Source: Paraspadella gotoi (taxonomy: Eukaryota > Animalia > Chaetognatha). From it: 64,000 nucleotides of DNA. Of the stretch, positions 27,400 through 39,814 are shown piece after piece. A program made the position numbers and the translations under genes. The stretch's first letter is position 1. Each line of letters starts with the position of its first letter. The notes under the pieces were generated by a model that was not told the origin of the DNA, searched no databases, and worked only from the letters and a program-made list of their open reading frames with translations. The stretch covers positions 9,431,126-9,495,125 of the forward strand of contig CM119265.1 in assembly GCA_051294375.1 (NCBI GenBank), read 5' to 3'.

Positions 27400-28194
27400 G
27401 TAAGAGATCAGACTGGATCCGTGGAATAAGATCTAGAGATCAATAAGATCTAAACGAACCAAGTAGTTACGTCAGAGCAGTTAAATGTAGCTTGTTATGT
27501 TGTACCTAATTGCTCGTGAAGATATTTACTTTTGACGTTTACGAATTATTTTTTATACTCGTAATCAATCTCTTTGTATAAAATCGAATCCACACGTTTT
27601 TCATATTTAGAAACTTTTTTTACTAAACCAAATATTTTACGAATTAATATGCGCTTAAAAATTAGTTATACCAGGTATGTTAAGACTTTTAATCTCGCCG
27701 GTCATCCTGCAATGCTGTATGGCATCGCCGCACGCTGAGCAAAAATACTTAGACCGCTTATGATAAATGCTCCGGTCAACGACGACGTCGAAGTTTTGTA
27801 TAATCGAAAAAAAACTTCTCTGACTCTGAAATCAATTTTTTAAAAAAATGTTTGTTTTTTTTGACATCGCGACTTAATGATGGTTGGCACCATGATTTGT
27901 TGGCGCCGGCTTTCAAAGCCGAAAGGCTGGCGGTTATACGAATAACAAAATAAGATTTGTTCTGCACCTCATCTTCCTTCTTCTCCTCCTCTTCCTGCTC
28001 CTCCTCTTCCCGGTGCTGGTAGGCTTTCCCTCAGAAAATCTCCCACCCGAAATTCATCGCGAAAGTTCACGCTCACCGACGGAGTTTCAGTGATTTTTAA
28101 TCACAGCTCATTCACCTCATTCATTTTCTCTTCCACCACCCCTTCCACAACCCTCCCCATCTTTCCACCACCCCCTCAACGTCCCCCGTTCCAG

Positions 28195-29867
28195 AATACG
28201 TGATCAACTACGTGATCCCCTTCGACGAGATCGAGAACAACCTCGTCAAGAATCCGACGCAACTCTTGGCCCGCGTTTCCGGTCGCGGATACTTGCGAAG
28301 GGGCGTGGCCCGGAAGGCGATCGATATCGACGGCGTCGGAGACAACGTCACCGTGGAGGCAGCGAGGAAGGACAAGACGTGCTTCGGGAATTTGAAGTAC
28401 TGCAGGGATTCGGGTGAGAAGTGGGGGAGAAGAGTATTTGGTGACTGTTTTATAGCGGAGAATGTAAAGTGAGGAATTTACTTGGCACTCGTTGGTATTA
28501 TTTCGTGAAAATTGAAATGACGGGACTGAGTCACTGACTTTAATAACTGTTCTATACCGGAAAGTTAGTGAAAAAAAAGTTAAGTCAACACTGCGACGAT
28601 TTCGTTAAAATTCAATATACGAGACTGAATTTGATAACAGTTCTTTAGCTTAATATCTAATAGGTTAAAAGAATAAGAAAAGTTAAAAACAAGGCATGAA
28701 CAAAAGATTGAAAATAAATTTCAGCTTCTTTCTCCTTTCGATTCTCACAGGTTTCACCATGGGCTTCTGGCTTTTCCCCCGAGGCCATCACTTCCCCCGG
28801 GTTCACATCCTCTCCTCCGGAGGCTACGGTGACTCACGGCCGGGCATCGCCGTCTTCTACGAAAAGGGAAGACTTCACGCTGTCGTTACGACCGAAGATG
28901 AAAAGCAGTACAGGGCCAGTTTTCCGATTTTTCTCAATAGGTGAAGAGCGTGAAACGTGAAACGATGAATGTAACTATGAAAAAATGGACAGACTGAAAG
29001 TACAACTGGGACGAAAGAAACAGAAAGAAATGAAAAANNNNNNNNNNNNNNNNNNNNNNNNNNNNNNNNNNNNNNNNNNNNNNNNNNNNNNNNNNNNNNN
29101 NNNNNNNNNNNNNNNNNNNNNNNNNNNNNNNNNNNNNNNNNNNNNNNNNNNNNNNNNNNNNNNNNNNNNNNNNNNNNNNNNNNNNNNNNNNNNNNNNNNN
29201 NNNNNNNNNNNNNNNNNNNNNNNNNNNNNNNNNNNNNNNNNNNNNNNNNNNNNNNNNNNNNNNNNNNNNNNNNNNNNNNNNNNNNNNNNNNNNNNNNNNN
29301 NNNNNNNNNNNNNNNNNNNNNNNNNNNNNNNNNNNNNNNNNNNNNNNNNNNNNNNNNNNNNNNNNNNNNNNNNNNNNNNNNNNNNNNNNNNNNNNNNNNN
29401 NNNNNNNNNNNNNNNNNNNNNNNNNNNNNNNNNNNNNNNNNNNNNNNNNNNNNNNNNNNNNNNNNNNNNNNNNNNNNNNNNNNNNNNNNNNNNNNNNNNN
29501 NNNNNNNNNNNNNNNNNNNNNNNNNNNNNNNNNNNNNNNNNNNNNNNNNNNNNNNNNNNNNNNNNNNNNNNNNNNNNNNNNNNNGAGAAAGGAAGAAAAG
29601 TAAATAAAAACCAAAAGTAATTAGACAATCACAACAACAACAACAAAGGCTAGCTTATAAATTCCACCCAAATGGAATTAAAAGAAAACTCGAAACGATC
29701 GAAAGTTAAGCAACTATTTAAACGCGAACCCACACGCCATCTACAGCTGGTGATCGGCGCCTCTCAAAATCAAGTAATGGCGGGAATGGAGAAAGGAGCC
29801 TTCGTCATGGACGAGTTCAACTTCTGGACGGCGGCGTTGACGCAGAAGCAAATCAAAGACGCCATCG
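28195..29867 (+). CDS. LamG-like (concanavalin/pentraxin-type) repeat 1: exons 28195-28413, 28751-28940, [exon probably lost in gap 29038-29583], 29747-29867
   Basis: YVIPFDEI...GVARKAIDIDG..NVTV...TCFGNLKYCRDSGFTMGFW...ILSSGG....GIAVFY...; LVIG...FVMDEFNFWTAALT..QI. The CFGNLxxCxxGFTxxFW signature resembles ADGRD1/GPR133-type LamG-like domains. Confidence 0.85.
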
Positions 29868-30696
29868 GTGAGTCAAACATTTTCTCACATTTTTATTTGA
29901 TTTTTTTTTAGGGGGGGAGGAATTTGGTAGAAGTTGATCTTTTTTAGATTAGTCGTTAGACCCTTTTACAACCCTTGTTATATTGGCTGAAAAGCTTTGT
30001 TTGTTTTTTGTTCGTTTGTTTCCTCATTGTTGCATAGATTTTGTAGATTAGTACCGCCTTCGCTTCAACTAACGATGTTCTTTCTTCTAATTTTTTTTAA
30101 TCGCTTACATTAAAAAAAAAAACCGGAAAAATATTGTTTGTGTTTACGTCTTCTGTTAGATCCCAGCAAAAAGGATAAAGGTTTGTCGGTTAATATTAAT
30201 CAATTGTAATTTTGTTTATTTTTCGCTGTCCAAAGTTATCAGTTTGTTTCTGAATTGTTTTTTTGTGTGTCACTTTTCTATTCTTTGCAAAAAACTTTTT
30301 TTCCTTTTATGTGTCTCGAATTTCTATTTCAGATTTACAATTATACAAAAATAAAGAAAAAAGAAAAGAAAATTTCTCGATTTTTGACATCCTTGTTTAT
30401 TTATCTCTAATACAGAAAACTTTGTCAGTATCAGGTTTCTTCGGCGACTTTGGTCGATCGAGAAAGAAAAAAAAGATCATCCAGAAAAAATATACAATCT
30501 CTATCTCTTGTCCCCATTTCCTTTGAGCCTCGGGCATCGAAAGAATTCGAAACCCCTTTTCATAATTCGAATGCCTTCTCATGTTTCAACTGCCACTGTT
30601 TTCCGCTACTCTCTACACCTTCTCTCTCCTCCCCTCTCCCTCTCCTCTCCCTCTCGTCTCTCTCTCTCTCTCTCTCTTCTTTTCTCTCTCTCTCTC

Positions 30697-31479
30697 TGAT
30701 GGGACAATTCCTTTGTGGAACATCATCTAGAGACTTATTGAACGCCGATGCGTATGTTTATTTACTTGGCTTCGTTTATTGTTTCTTTTATTTTGATTTA
30801 ATACCTTTGTTCCCTATTACAGCATTTGTGAGCATTCGTGTTATTACATATATTGAATTAGGATAAGTACGTGTTCGAGTGTGTTTGTCCTAATCTAGTT
30901 GGCGTCCCCGTCGTTCTTGTTTGATTCATTATTCGCAAGATCCTTATACTGTGGGGCAACATTGTGGTCGACCGTGCCGCTCGTGTGGTTAACTGACATT
31001 GATGGTTTCATTACGTTAGAGGGTCTCGTGCTTTCTCAAGCCGGCCGGCGTTCCGCTCGGCATTCGCCCACAACATATTCACCCTCTAAACATGTGGTGC
31101 ATTCGTCTATTCATCTTTCGTTGTGGGAGAACACCCTATTGGTCGACAGTCAAACACTCTTTTCTCTGGAGTCTCGCATTCATTAACCCATTGTCTATTG
31201 GGTTGATCTGAGGCACTGTGGATTCGTGACCACAACCGTCCGCTCAGCAGTCACGCTGTCATGATAGCCCGTTGGTTCGCTTGACTTGTGGAAGCTATGA
31301 TTGTCCTTTCACAAAAATTATTTTATCCTGTGGATCTTTCAACCCAGCTTTTCCACGAAGCAAAGGCTTTGGCCGCTGCTTGGAACTTGGTCGGCACTTG
31401 TAAGGCGACAAACCGGCTTTACCAAGATCTCGTTCGCCCTTGTTGCGCGGCTTATCCCGGATTTTCTTGGCTTACAACA
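30697..31479 (-). mobile_element. Candidate solo LTR (783 bp)
   Basis: Compositionally distinct island starting TGATG and ending ACAACA, flanked on both sides by TCTC (possible 4-bp TSD, weak because it lies in a CT tract); AATAAA signals on the minus strand at ~30758-30792; no convincing ORF. Confidence 0.5.
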
Positions 31480-32593
31480 TCTCCCTCTTCGTTTTTCATT
31501 TCTCTTTAAACTTTTCGCAATGCACGAAATTCGAGACGCTCTGAGTTTTTCCAGACTCGAAAGAGATTTTGTTTTCGGTCACTGGTGATGTTTTCACATT
31601 ATCTGATAAGTTCATTCACGATAATTTTAGAAATTGTGTCTATGAGCTATCGTTCGATCGATCTTTTAGTGAAATATCCGAGATTTACTAGCCGAAGAAA
31701 AAAAGATAGTAAATCAATATCAATTATCAATGATTCGAAATTCAAAACGATTCTTTAAAATTAACTTATCTGAGTCGATGTTGAATTAAACTATTAATTA
31801 AACTATCAACGTTTTACGTCACTCATTTAATTTTTCAGTTTACGTTTCTTTCCTTTCACTTTTTTCACTTTTTGTGAAAACCAAGTTTCACGGGCGTAAC
31901 ATAAAATTTGACGAAAATGACCAAATTTATGACTTTGTTGTGAGGAAAATACAATTTTCGGTCTATAACTCATATCTAATTGGAACGCGTTGCGGAAAAC
32001 ATTTAGCTAAAAAACTGAAATCCTATTTTATTAATAAAAATATATAAATGGGAGGGAATTTTACTTATAGTAATGATAGGTCGATGATTTTGTCTCACAA
32101 ACGAACAAGTGAAATTAGTTAGTCTAACTATAAATTAAGCTAATTCGAAGTACAAAAAATTAACACTCAACGTTTTCGATTTTTCGTTTCCCTTTTTTTT
32201 CTCTCAAGAAAAAAAGAAAAACGGAAGAAAAACAAAAAGGCATCGAAACAGGAAAAGAAAACGAGGACAATCGTTTTTTTGAAAAAAAACCCAAAAAATA
32301 AAGAAAAAGCGCAATGTTATTTCCGTGTTGGGAGTGTCCTTTGTGTGGGGGCGTCTTTTTCTCTTAGACCTAGAAGCTTCTTATTCACGGGATTTTATGC
32401 TTTACTCGTTAGGGCGTTCCCTTTATTCTTTTCTGTCTCCGATTTAAGGGATTTGTCGGATTTAACGAAGGACTAACTTTTTTTTTCGCTAATGGAGATC
32501 GCCGCGTTTCACGTAGGGCGAAATTCCTTGACTCTGGGTGCGATGACAAGTCGGATATAAACAATCCGCTGAGTGCCAAATTTTGTGATCAGC

Positions 32594-32667
<74 letters not shown>

Positions 32668-33996
32668 TCGCCGATGGAAGCCCTCCCGCGAATCGATTTA
32701 ACAACATCTAAAAAAATAAATTGATACTGTACCTACTGCATGTTCTCCGAGTATTTTATCCAATCGTAAAATAAAACATTTATGTTCTCGTTTTTAAGAC
32801 TGTTTGTTTCGTCTACGAGTTTTTGAGTAGTGAGAAATTTTTTTTCACACTTTAACTTTTTTAAACAAGTCTCATTTTATTACTATAACTGCGCATTTAT
32901 TTTAAATTAAAATTCGTCTGGCTATGGATCCATATAGTTTTCTTAATAATTAAATTTTTTATTTTGACTTAACAAACAACCAAAATAAAAGAAAGAAAAC
33001 AGAAAGCGTTTCCTCCTTCGATCATTTTCCGGACGACAGGCTCGTCCCTTCCTCTCCCTTCGGCTTAATTTGCATACGTAGAAGAAAAAGGATGAATTAT
33101 AATTAGATTAAGTCTTTACTAGAAAAAAAAAAAGATTAGAAAGTAAAGTGGATTTTTTGGAATGTGGGAGGGCGACGAAAGTCTTTTGTTTCAGGAAGTT
33201 TTAAATCTAAGCGCCGAGCCGAAACGAGGCGACGCTTCCTGGTAATGTTTCTATTTTTACAGGGGTTTATTTTTGTTCTTTTTTTCTAGTTTTTTATTTT
33301 TTTTATTTAAAGAACTTTTTATATTTGGTTGTCCTTGGACGTAAATAATAAATTTACATATATAGTAGTCCCTGGAGCTTATAATTATTTAAAAAGACTT
33401 AATTGAATTAATTTAACTCGAGCTCGGTGACTTCGGACGAGGGGGAATACGAGTCTAAAGGGCTGTCACTGTTAATTCCGACTGCCGTAACCTAAATCAC
33501 GATCCTGGTTATACTTAATTAGGCCTCAACTTTGTAAAGTTGAGTCGAGGATGTCTTTATTAAATTTGTTCGTTTCGTCGCTTGATGGCGAAACTGGTCT
33601 TCTTCTTGAAGGACGACGATCCGTCTCATGAATTAGAAAGAAAAAAAAGAACAACGCTTATTGGACGAGACAACATACGATGTTTACGAGATTATTTGCC
33701 TAAGAATGCGGGCATATCTTCTGTCTTGAACAGCGTGAAAGTGAAGATCGATTACCAGAAATTCTGTGAGCTCTGTGAGACTGTGAAATCTCGAGAGAAT
33801 TCTTTTTAAGATACAAAGTTTTTTCAAAATCTTTTTTGTTGTTTTTTCTTTGATTTTTTCATCGAAGAAGATTTTAATACAATCTAAAATCGTTTGCGAT
33901 GTTGACAACAGTCAACGATCAACGTCAACTGTGGAAGTGTGATAGATCGTGTGAAAGAGCAGAGAGCGAGAGCGAGAGAGAGCTTGAGAGACTTTT

Positions 33997-34101
<105 letters not shown>

Positions 34102-34432
34102 AAAGAAATAAGCCGCAGCCACGAGTTCATTCGAAGTTCAAATCTAATAATCAAAGTCTACGGGGAATTTTGAGAAAATAACAATGAACTTGGAAATTAA
34201 AAGATGGAGAAAACTTGCGACGAAAAACGCAAATGATGCAAAAAATATGACAAATAAATTAAGCAAATGTTTTTTAACCTTACTTTAAATCTAACTAAAG
34301 TGGAAAATAAAAATAAAAACAAAAACAAGCGCCCGGATCAACGAAGACAATAAATAACTAAAAATATGGAAAATGAGAAATAAAAGAGAATCGAATTCGA
34401 TTCTTTCCTTTTTATTTCTTCGTCCAAAAGGA

Positions 34433-37400
34433 ATGGAATCGACTCTCTCCTCCTTCTTCTCTCCCTTCACTCCTCTCTCTCCCTTCGCGTCTCCCTCTCT
34501 ATCTCCCGACGCCGACTCCGTCTCAAACTTTGTCGTGGCGTGTCTCCGCAATGCCGCCATCTTGTTTTTCGTCTGGATCGCGGGGCGTCTTCGTTTTTCT
34601 TTCGTCGTCGTTGTTGTCGTCTTCTTCTGCTTCGTCGTGAGAGAAAAGCAGAAGAGAAAGACGAGGATATTTTCGCAGTTGCAGAGGTGACCTGTTTAGT
34701 TTTATAACAATTTAATTATATACCATGTATATTTAAATATAATAATAAATAAACTACTATTCTTTGTCGGTCCTCAGACTTAAAAAACAAACTAAATGAC
34801 TGCTAATGATATTTAAACGAAGTCACTCTCGTTAAAAAGTCATGATGACCTCTTACATTGATCATTAATCATTGATCAATGTTCATTATAATTAAATTAC
34901 AACTTTCCCTTCGTAACTTAACGTCAACTCGATCATCCTCAAACATCTCTCTCCAACTCCCCGTCGTTATCCGCAGTAAGACGCTGGCCGTGGGCGAGGA
35001 GCGCGCCCTCAACTCTTTCCTCGAAGCCACGCCCTTTTGGCTCAGCTTCGGGGAGACGGCGAAGGCCGAATGGCTCAACAAGTGCGTCAAGCAGCTTTGG
35101 CCTTTTCTCGACGACTGCATCCACAAGATTGTGCAGGTGTGGTTTCGAGTGAAGTGTAGTGATCCTTGAGGATTTCAATTCCTCGCTTGCCTCCTCCAAA
35201 GGATCACGTGGAACCTATCGTCAAGTCGGTTGTCGTCGACGTCGGATTCCAAGATCTCAGCTTCGACAAAGTGAATTTGGGCAACGCTGCACCGAGGATC
35301 GCAGGAATCAAAGTCTTGGATTCGTATCTGCAGGTGAAGGGTGGCGGCGCTGAAGGTGCAGGGGGGTGGCGTTGCAGGTACAGGGAGGGCTGAAGATGGA
35401 GAGAGTGGAGATAGCGTATGATTGGGGGGAAAAAAAAGTTCACGGTTTTCGTATTTAGGAAAGAAAAGGGGTGGTGACAGCAGCGATTCACTCTGAGTCG
35501 TGAATGTAGCACAACCTTCTTCTACCAACTTAAAAGCTTTGCGTTCGGACCCTGTTAAGTCACAGACGGCCAGTAGTAGGGCCAGTTGGATCATAAGATC
35601 TGAGGTTCTGGGACTTCGGTTTAAGGGATGTTAGACTGTTCACTGTTCATTGATCATGTCATCTTCCACCTCCTCCTCCTCCTCCTTCAAGGCCCACGAG
35701 GTGTTGGCCTTCGACGTGGAGATCGTCTACGACGGCGACGCGAGGATCGAAGCTCGAACGACTCGCAGCCGCATCCCCTTCAAGTTGGGACTTAAGGACT
35801 TCAAGCTGCACGGCACGCTGCGCTGCGAAATCCGCAGCCCGCCTCCGGTGCAGCAGCAGCTTCGGCAACCTCAACAGCAGCAGCAGCAGCAGCGTCGCGT
35901 CATCGACGGCCTCACCGTGTCTTTTCTCTACAACCCGGTCGTCGAGTTCGAACTCACTCACGCGTCTGAGTTTTTGGAGCTGCCGATGCTTAAGAGCAGA
36001 CTGAGGGAAGCGCGCGGTCGAACGGAGATTACAATGATGATTGAAATAATAAGATGAACATTTATGATTATAAACTATTTAAAAAAAAGCACTATCACTA
36101 AAACATTTAGTAAAATGAACACTAAAAAATATTTTCTTGACCCGTTCGTTCCGCGCGTTAACAAAATTGCCGATCACCCAAACAATCCGTTTCGATCAAC
36201 ATATTTGCCGCTGCGGCCTTTAAAAACCCTAAACCGTGAAATCCTCAACAAAAAACCAACTAACTAACTAACAAATAAACAAACAAACAAACAAACAAAC
36301 AAACAAACTCACAAACAAACAAACAAACAAACTCACAAACAAACAAACTCACAAACAAACAAACAAACTCACAAACAAACAAATAAACAAACAAACAAAC
36401 AAACTCACAAACAAACTCACAAACAAAACGAAACTATCCTCCCGCCTCAAAAAGGTCCCACATTTCCGACCTGGTCGCCGGCTTCATGGTTCTTCCCAAT
36501 CGCGTGGCCATTCCCTTCCACGCCGGCGCCGACGCCACTCTTCTCCGTCACCCGGCGCCCGTCGGCGTCGTCCGCGTCGTCATGGCGCAGATCGGCGTCG
36601 CGGTGGCGAGATTCGCGCGCCGCAAATCGTTGATGGTGACGACGAAGGTCGGCGCTCAATCGGCGTCGGTCAAAATCGGCGACAACAACGACGCCGAGAT
36701 TTGGAGCGAAGTTCAAGAGTTCGTCATCGACGAAGCTGGAGGACAATTGCTGGAGATCGCCGTCAGCGCGAAGGTTGTTGATGTTGTTATTGGCTGATGT
36801 TGATCGACGTCGATGTCGTTTAGAATTGATTGCTGTCCTTATAATTCGTGCCCTGTTGCACAATTACACATGGTAAATCCCCATTGGCGTCCTCCGTTCC
36901 CAGGACGCCAACGCTGATACCAAACTCGCCTCCTACGACCTCGAGTTGGAATCCCTGAAGAGGCGCTCGGCCTTGGAGGACTTCGTCGCCGTCGCCGGCG
37001 GATGCCTCCACCTACGGCTCACCTGGTTCCACCTTGTGGTCGACGCCAAGCCGAGCCGACGCCAACGTCTCCCGCGGCTCGATCGCTTCGTCGACGAGAA
37101 CACCGTCCCGAGATCAGTGGTGATGAGGATCTGTAAGAGCGTCTCTGTGGAGGAGAGATGTTCCGAGGGTGAGAGGAGGCCGCTTTTGAGAAAGGGTCAT
37201 GAGAGCAAATTTAGAAAATTTTGACCAATTTTGACCAGTGTTCTCGATTTTTGAACAATTATTGACCAGTTTTAACCGCAGTGCTAGTGCGAAAGATTTT
37301 GGCCTGTGTTTGACCAAATATTTTTGGGTCAATGAAAATATTGACCAAGGCACAATGTCGTTCAATGTCCATGTTTGTCGATGTTTTGACTAATTTTAAT

Positions 37401-37982
37401 TAAATTAAACCAGAGCCTTGTAGTCTGGCCCATTTTAAACTATTTCGACCATCGACGACACCATTGTACCAAGTTTAACCAAGTTTAACCAAGTTTAACC
37501 AAGTTTAACCACAGTTGCCGTGATTTGGTCAATTTGAGCCAATAAATGGGGTAAGATATTCTAAAAATAAACTGCAGAACCTTCGAACTTTCGAATCCTC
37601 AGGTTTCCTCCTCATTCATCTCTACTCTGCCGAATTAGACGAACGCTCTTCCTCCTCCTCCCCTCTTCTCCTCAAGAATCCCCCGTTCTCCTCCTCATCC
37701 TCCTCCAAACCCCCGTCCCCTCGCGTCGTCCTCCGTCTCCACGAGGGACGCGAAGTCGTCGGCGTCAAATCTTCCAGCGTCAAACCGGATACGCGACTTC
37801 CGGTTTGGGAGGAGGCGTTCTCTTTCCTCGTCGGCGGCGTCGACGACGTCTTCGTCGAGGTCGTCGTCGTCGACGGCGCCACGGACGGCGACGCGCCGAG
37901 CGACGCCGGCGGCGCCGTAGTTTATCACCTTCGCCAACTGATGGCGAAAGAGGCGCTCGTCGATTTCGGCGACTTTGAATGA
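34433..37982 (+). CDS. Divergent extended-synaptotagmin-like protein (TM hairpin - SMP - C2A - C2B), copy 1; exons 34433-34686, 34977-35136, 35202-35333, 35692-36005, 36455-36773, 36904-~37132, 37603-37982
   Basis: Hydrophobic hairpin AILFFVWIAGRLRFSFVVVVVVFFCFVV. SMP motifs PFWLSF..TAKAEWLNKCVKQLWPF, FDKVNLGNAAPRIAGIKV, DVEIVYDGD, FMVLPNRVAIP. C2 motifs P.GVVRV, KVGAQ, LHLRLTW, FLLIHLYSA, LPVWEEAFSFLV. Stop TGA at 37980-37982. Confidence 0.88.
36262..36428. repeat. (AAAC/AAACTCAC)n intronic microsatellite; also at ~49455-49612
   Basis: Direct observation. Confidence 0.9.
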
Positions 37983-38668
37983 AGGGAGAATTGGCGGGAA
38001 AAATCAAGATGAGATTTCAATTTCGTTTTTTGCTTCAGATGCATTGTTCTGATTGACTTTTTATGAGGTAGACGATGCGCTTTTGTTTCATGAGATATTA
38101 TAAGTTATTAAAAAAAAAAACTCGTTTGGATTATTTTGCTTGAATTAATGATTTTAATAAATAGCTAAATTATTAAAGAATGAGATAGTACCAGATAAAA
38201 TGATCTCTAATCTACAATTTGTACATACTACGCCCCGTGAAACTTATCTTTTTCGAATTTTCGACTTTTGGTTTTTTCACAATTTCTTCCGTATTTTGTG
38301 TTTTATATCACGAATTCTTTTTCACGTTTGTCGGCGTCATTTTCAAAATTTACTCGACGCCTTAGTTCATCACTTTGGTTTTTAATTATCCAAATATGAT
38401 TAGATTTACATTAGAATTAATCAAACATGATTCTCGCTTTTCCGCTTTTTCCTCTCACATTCCTGCCTGCGATTTTAAATTAATCCCGGAATGCGTTGCG
38501 CCCTCTTAATCTTCCGCCAAATTAAATCTGGTAAAAAAAAACAAAAGGCTATGCCAAGGGTCCGCCGGCGCCCAAGGCTGAGCCCGGCGCCCGCAAGCGA
38601 GGGCGCCGTGACGCCCCTATCGTCTCAGGTAGGATTTAGAATTTTCTGACGTCATCGCGTCGATTCGC

Positions 38669-38737
<69 letters not shown>

Positions 38738-39814
38738 GTTACGGACTTCGTGGTGACGGTTGCACTAAATTGCTGATGCACAGGACACTATATTTTGGGC
38801 GGTGATTTGTTACCCTCAGATCCGCTCAAAATTTCGTTGAATTATTTGTTTAATTTTCTCGAAATTTGTTTACATTCGGCCGCGGTTTGTTTCACTTTTA
38901 ACACCTCATATAATAATGTCACGGTTTCTTGTATTTTACTATATTATATTGTCTGTAACAAATCACCAGTTAAAATTACTGGTCATAAAAGTTGATGTTC
39001 AGCTCGTCGCTGAGGTCAACGACCAGTGGAGAATTTTTAATATGCTACGGGTTCGGTGTTTACGATTAATATTTAAAATTTAAACGGATATGAAAAAGCG
39101 CTCTCTCTCTCTCTCTCTAAAAAAAGGAGAGAGATCGGCATCATTGTGCCTTCTGAGACGACTCAGGTCTTGGAACAGTCGTCCTTCATTAATAGAGGAT
39201 CCCATCGCATTACTGGATGCTATTATCAGTGCCGGAAGACACAGTTATCCGGCCTTATCCAAGATTCATCTTGATGCCGAGATCAAGCTCGACAGTGACC
39301 ATGCTCCACCGAGCAACAAAAACAGATTGTCACTGACCCATTTTCTAGAATCATGGAGGTCATGGTGGGCTTGTAGAGCATGGTGCTTATGTTATGAGGG
39401 GTCAGATCATGACTGAACTCATCAATTGGTAGTCCCAGTTGCATGAAATTGGAGGCTGGACATATCCTTGGATACGCCGAGTTTACGGATGATGAGACGG
39501 CTTTGAAATTTTTCTGTGGAACTGATATGCTTTGACTCTTACTCATGGAGATTTCCGCTTACGAATCTGGCGAAGAAGAGCAAACTGGAATCGAAAGTGA
39601 CTTAGAAGAGGTTGAAAAGTGGATCTCCTCAGGATTCTGTTAAAGAAAAGCAGAAGCTCACCTACAAGCCTTACGCAAGGTGGAAGACAATATTCCACAG
39701 GCGCTAAAAGTTTGTCTATAGAATATAAGGCATGGCTAAAGGAGGGCTCTCCCCTAGCGAAGACAACTTAAGACACCTCCTTGAAGTTAAGCATTGAGAA
39801 AGCATTCTCCAAAC

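Larger units (their letters stand above)
34303..39118. repeat. ~4.8-kb direct repeat, copy 1
   Basis: Sequence from aaaataaaa..caagcgcccggatca to gaaaaagcgctctctc recurs at ~47499-52330. Confidence 0.95.

Noticed and set aside
37622-38007. Minus-strand acidic and Arg-rich ORFs (37695-37937, 37622-37882, 37780-38007 and their copies near 50831-51236)
   Set aside because: They are antisense shadows of the GC-rich + strand C2B exon.
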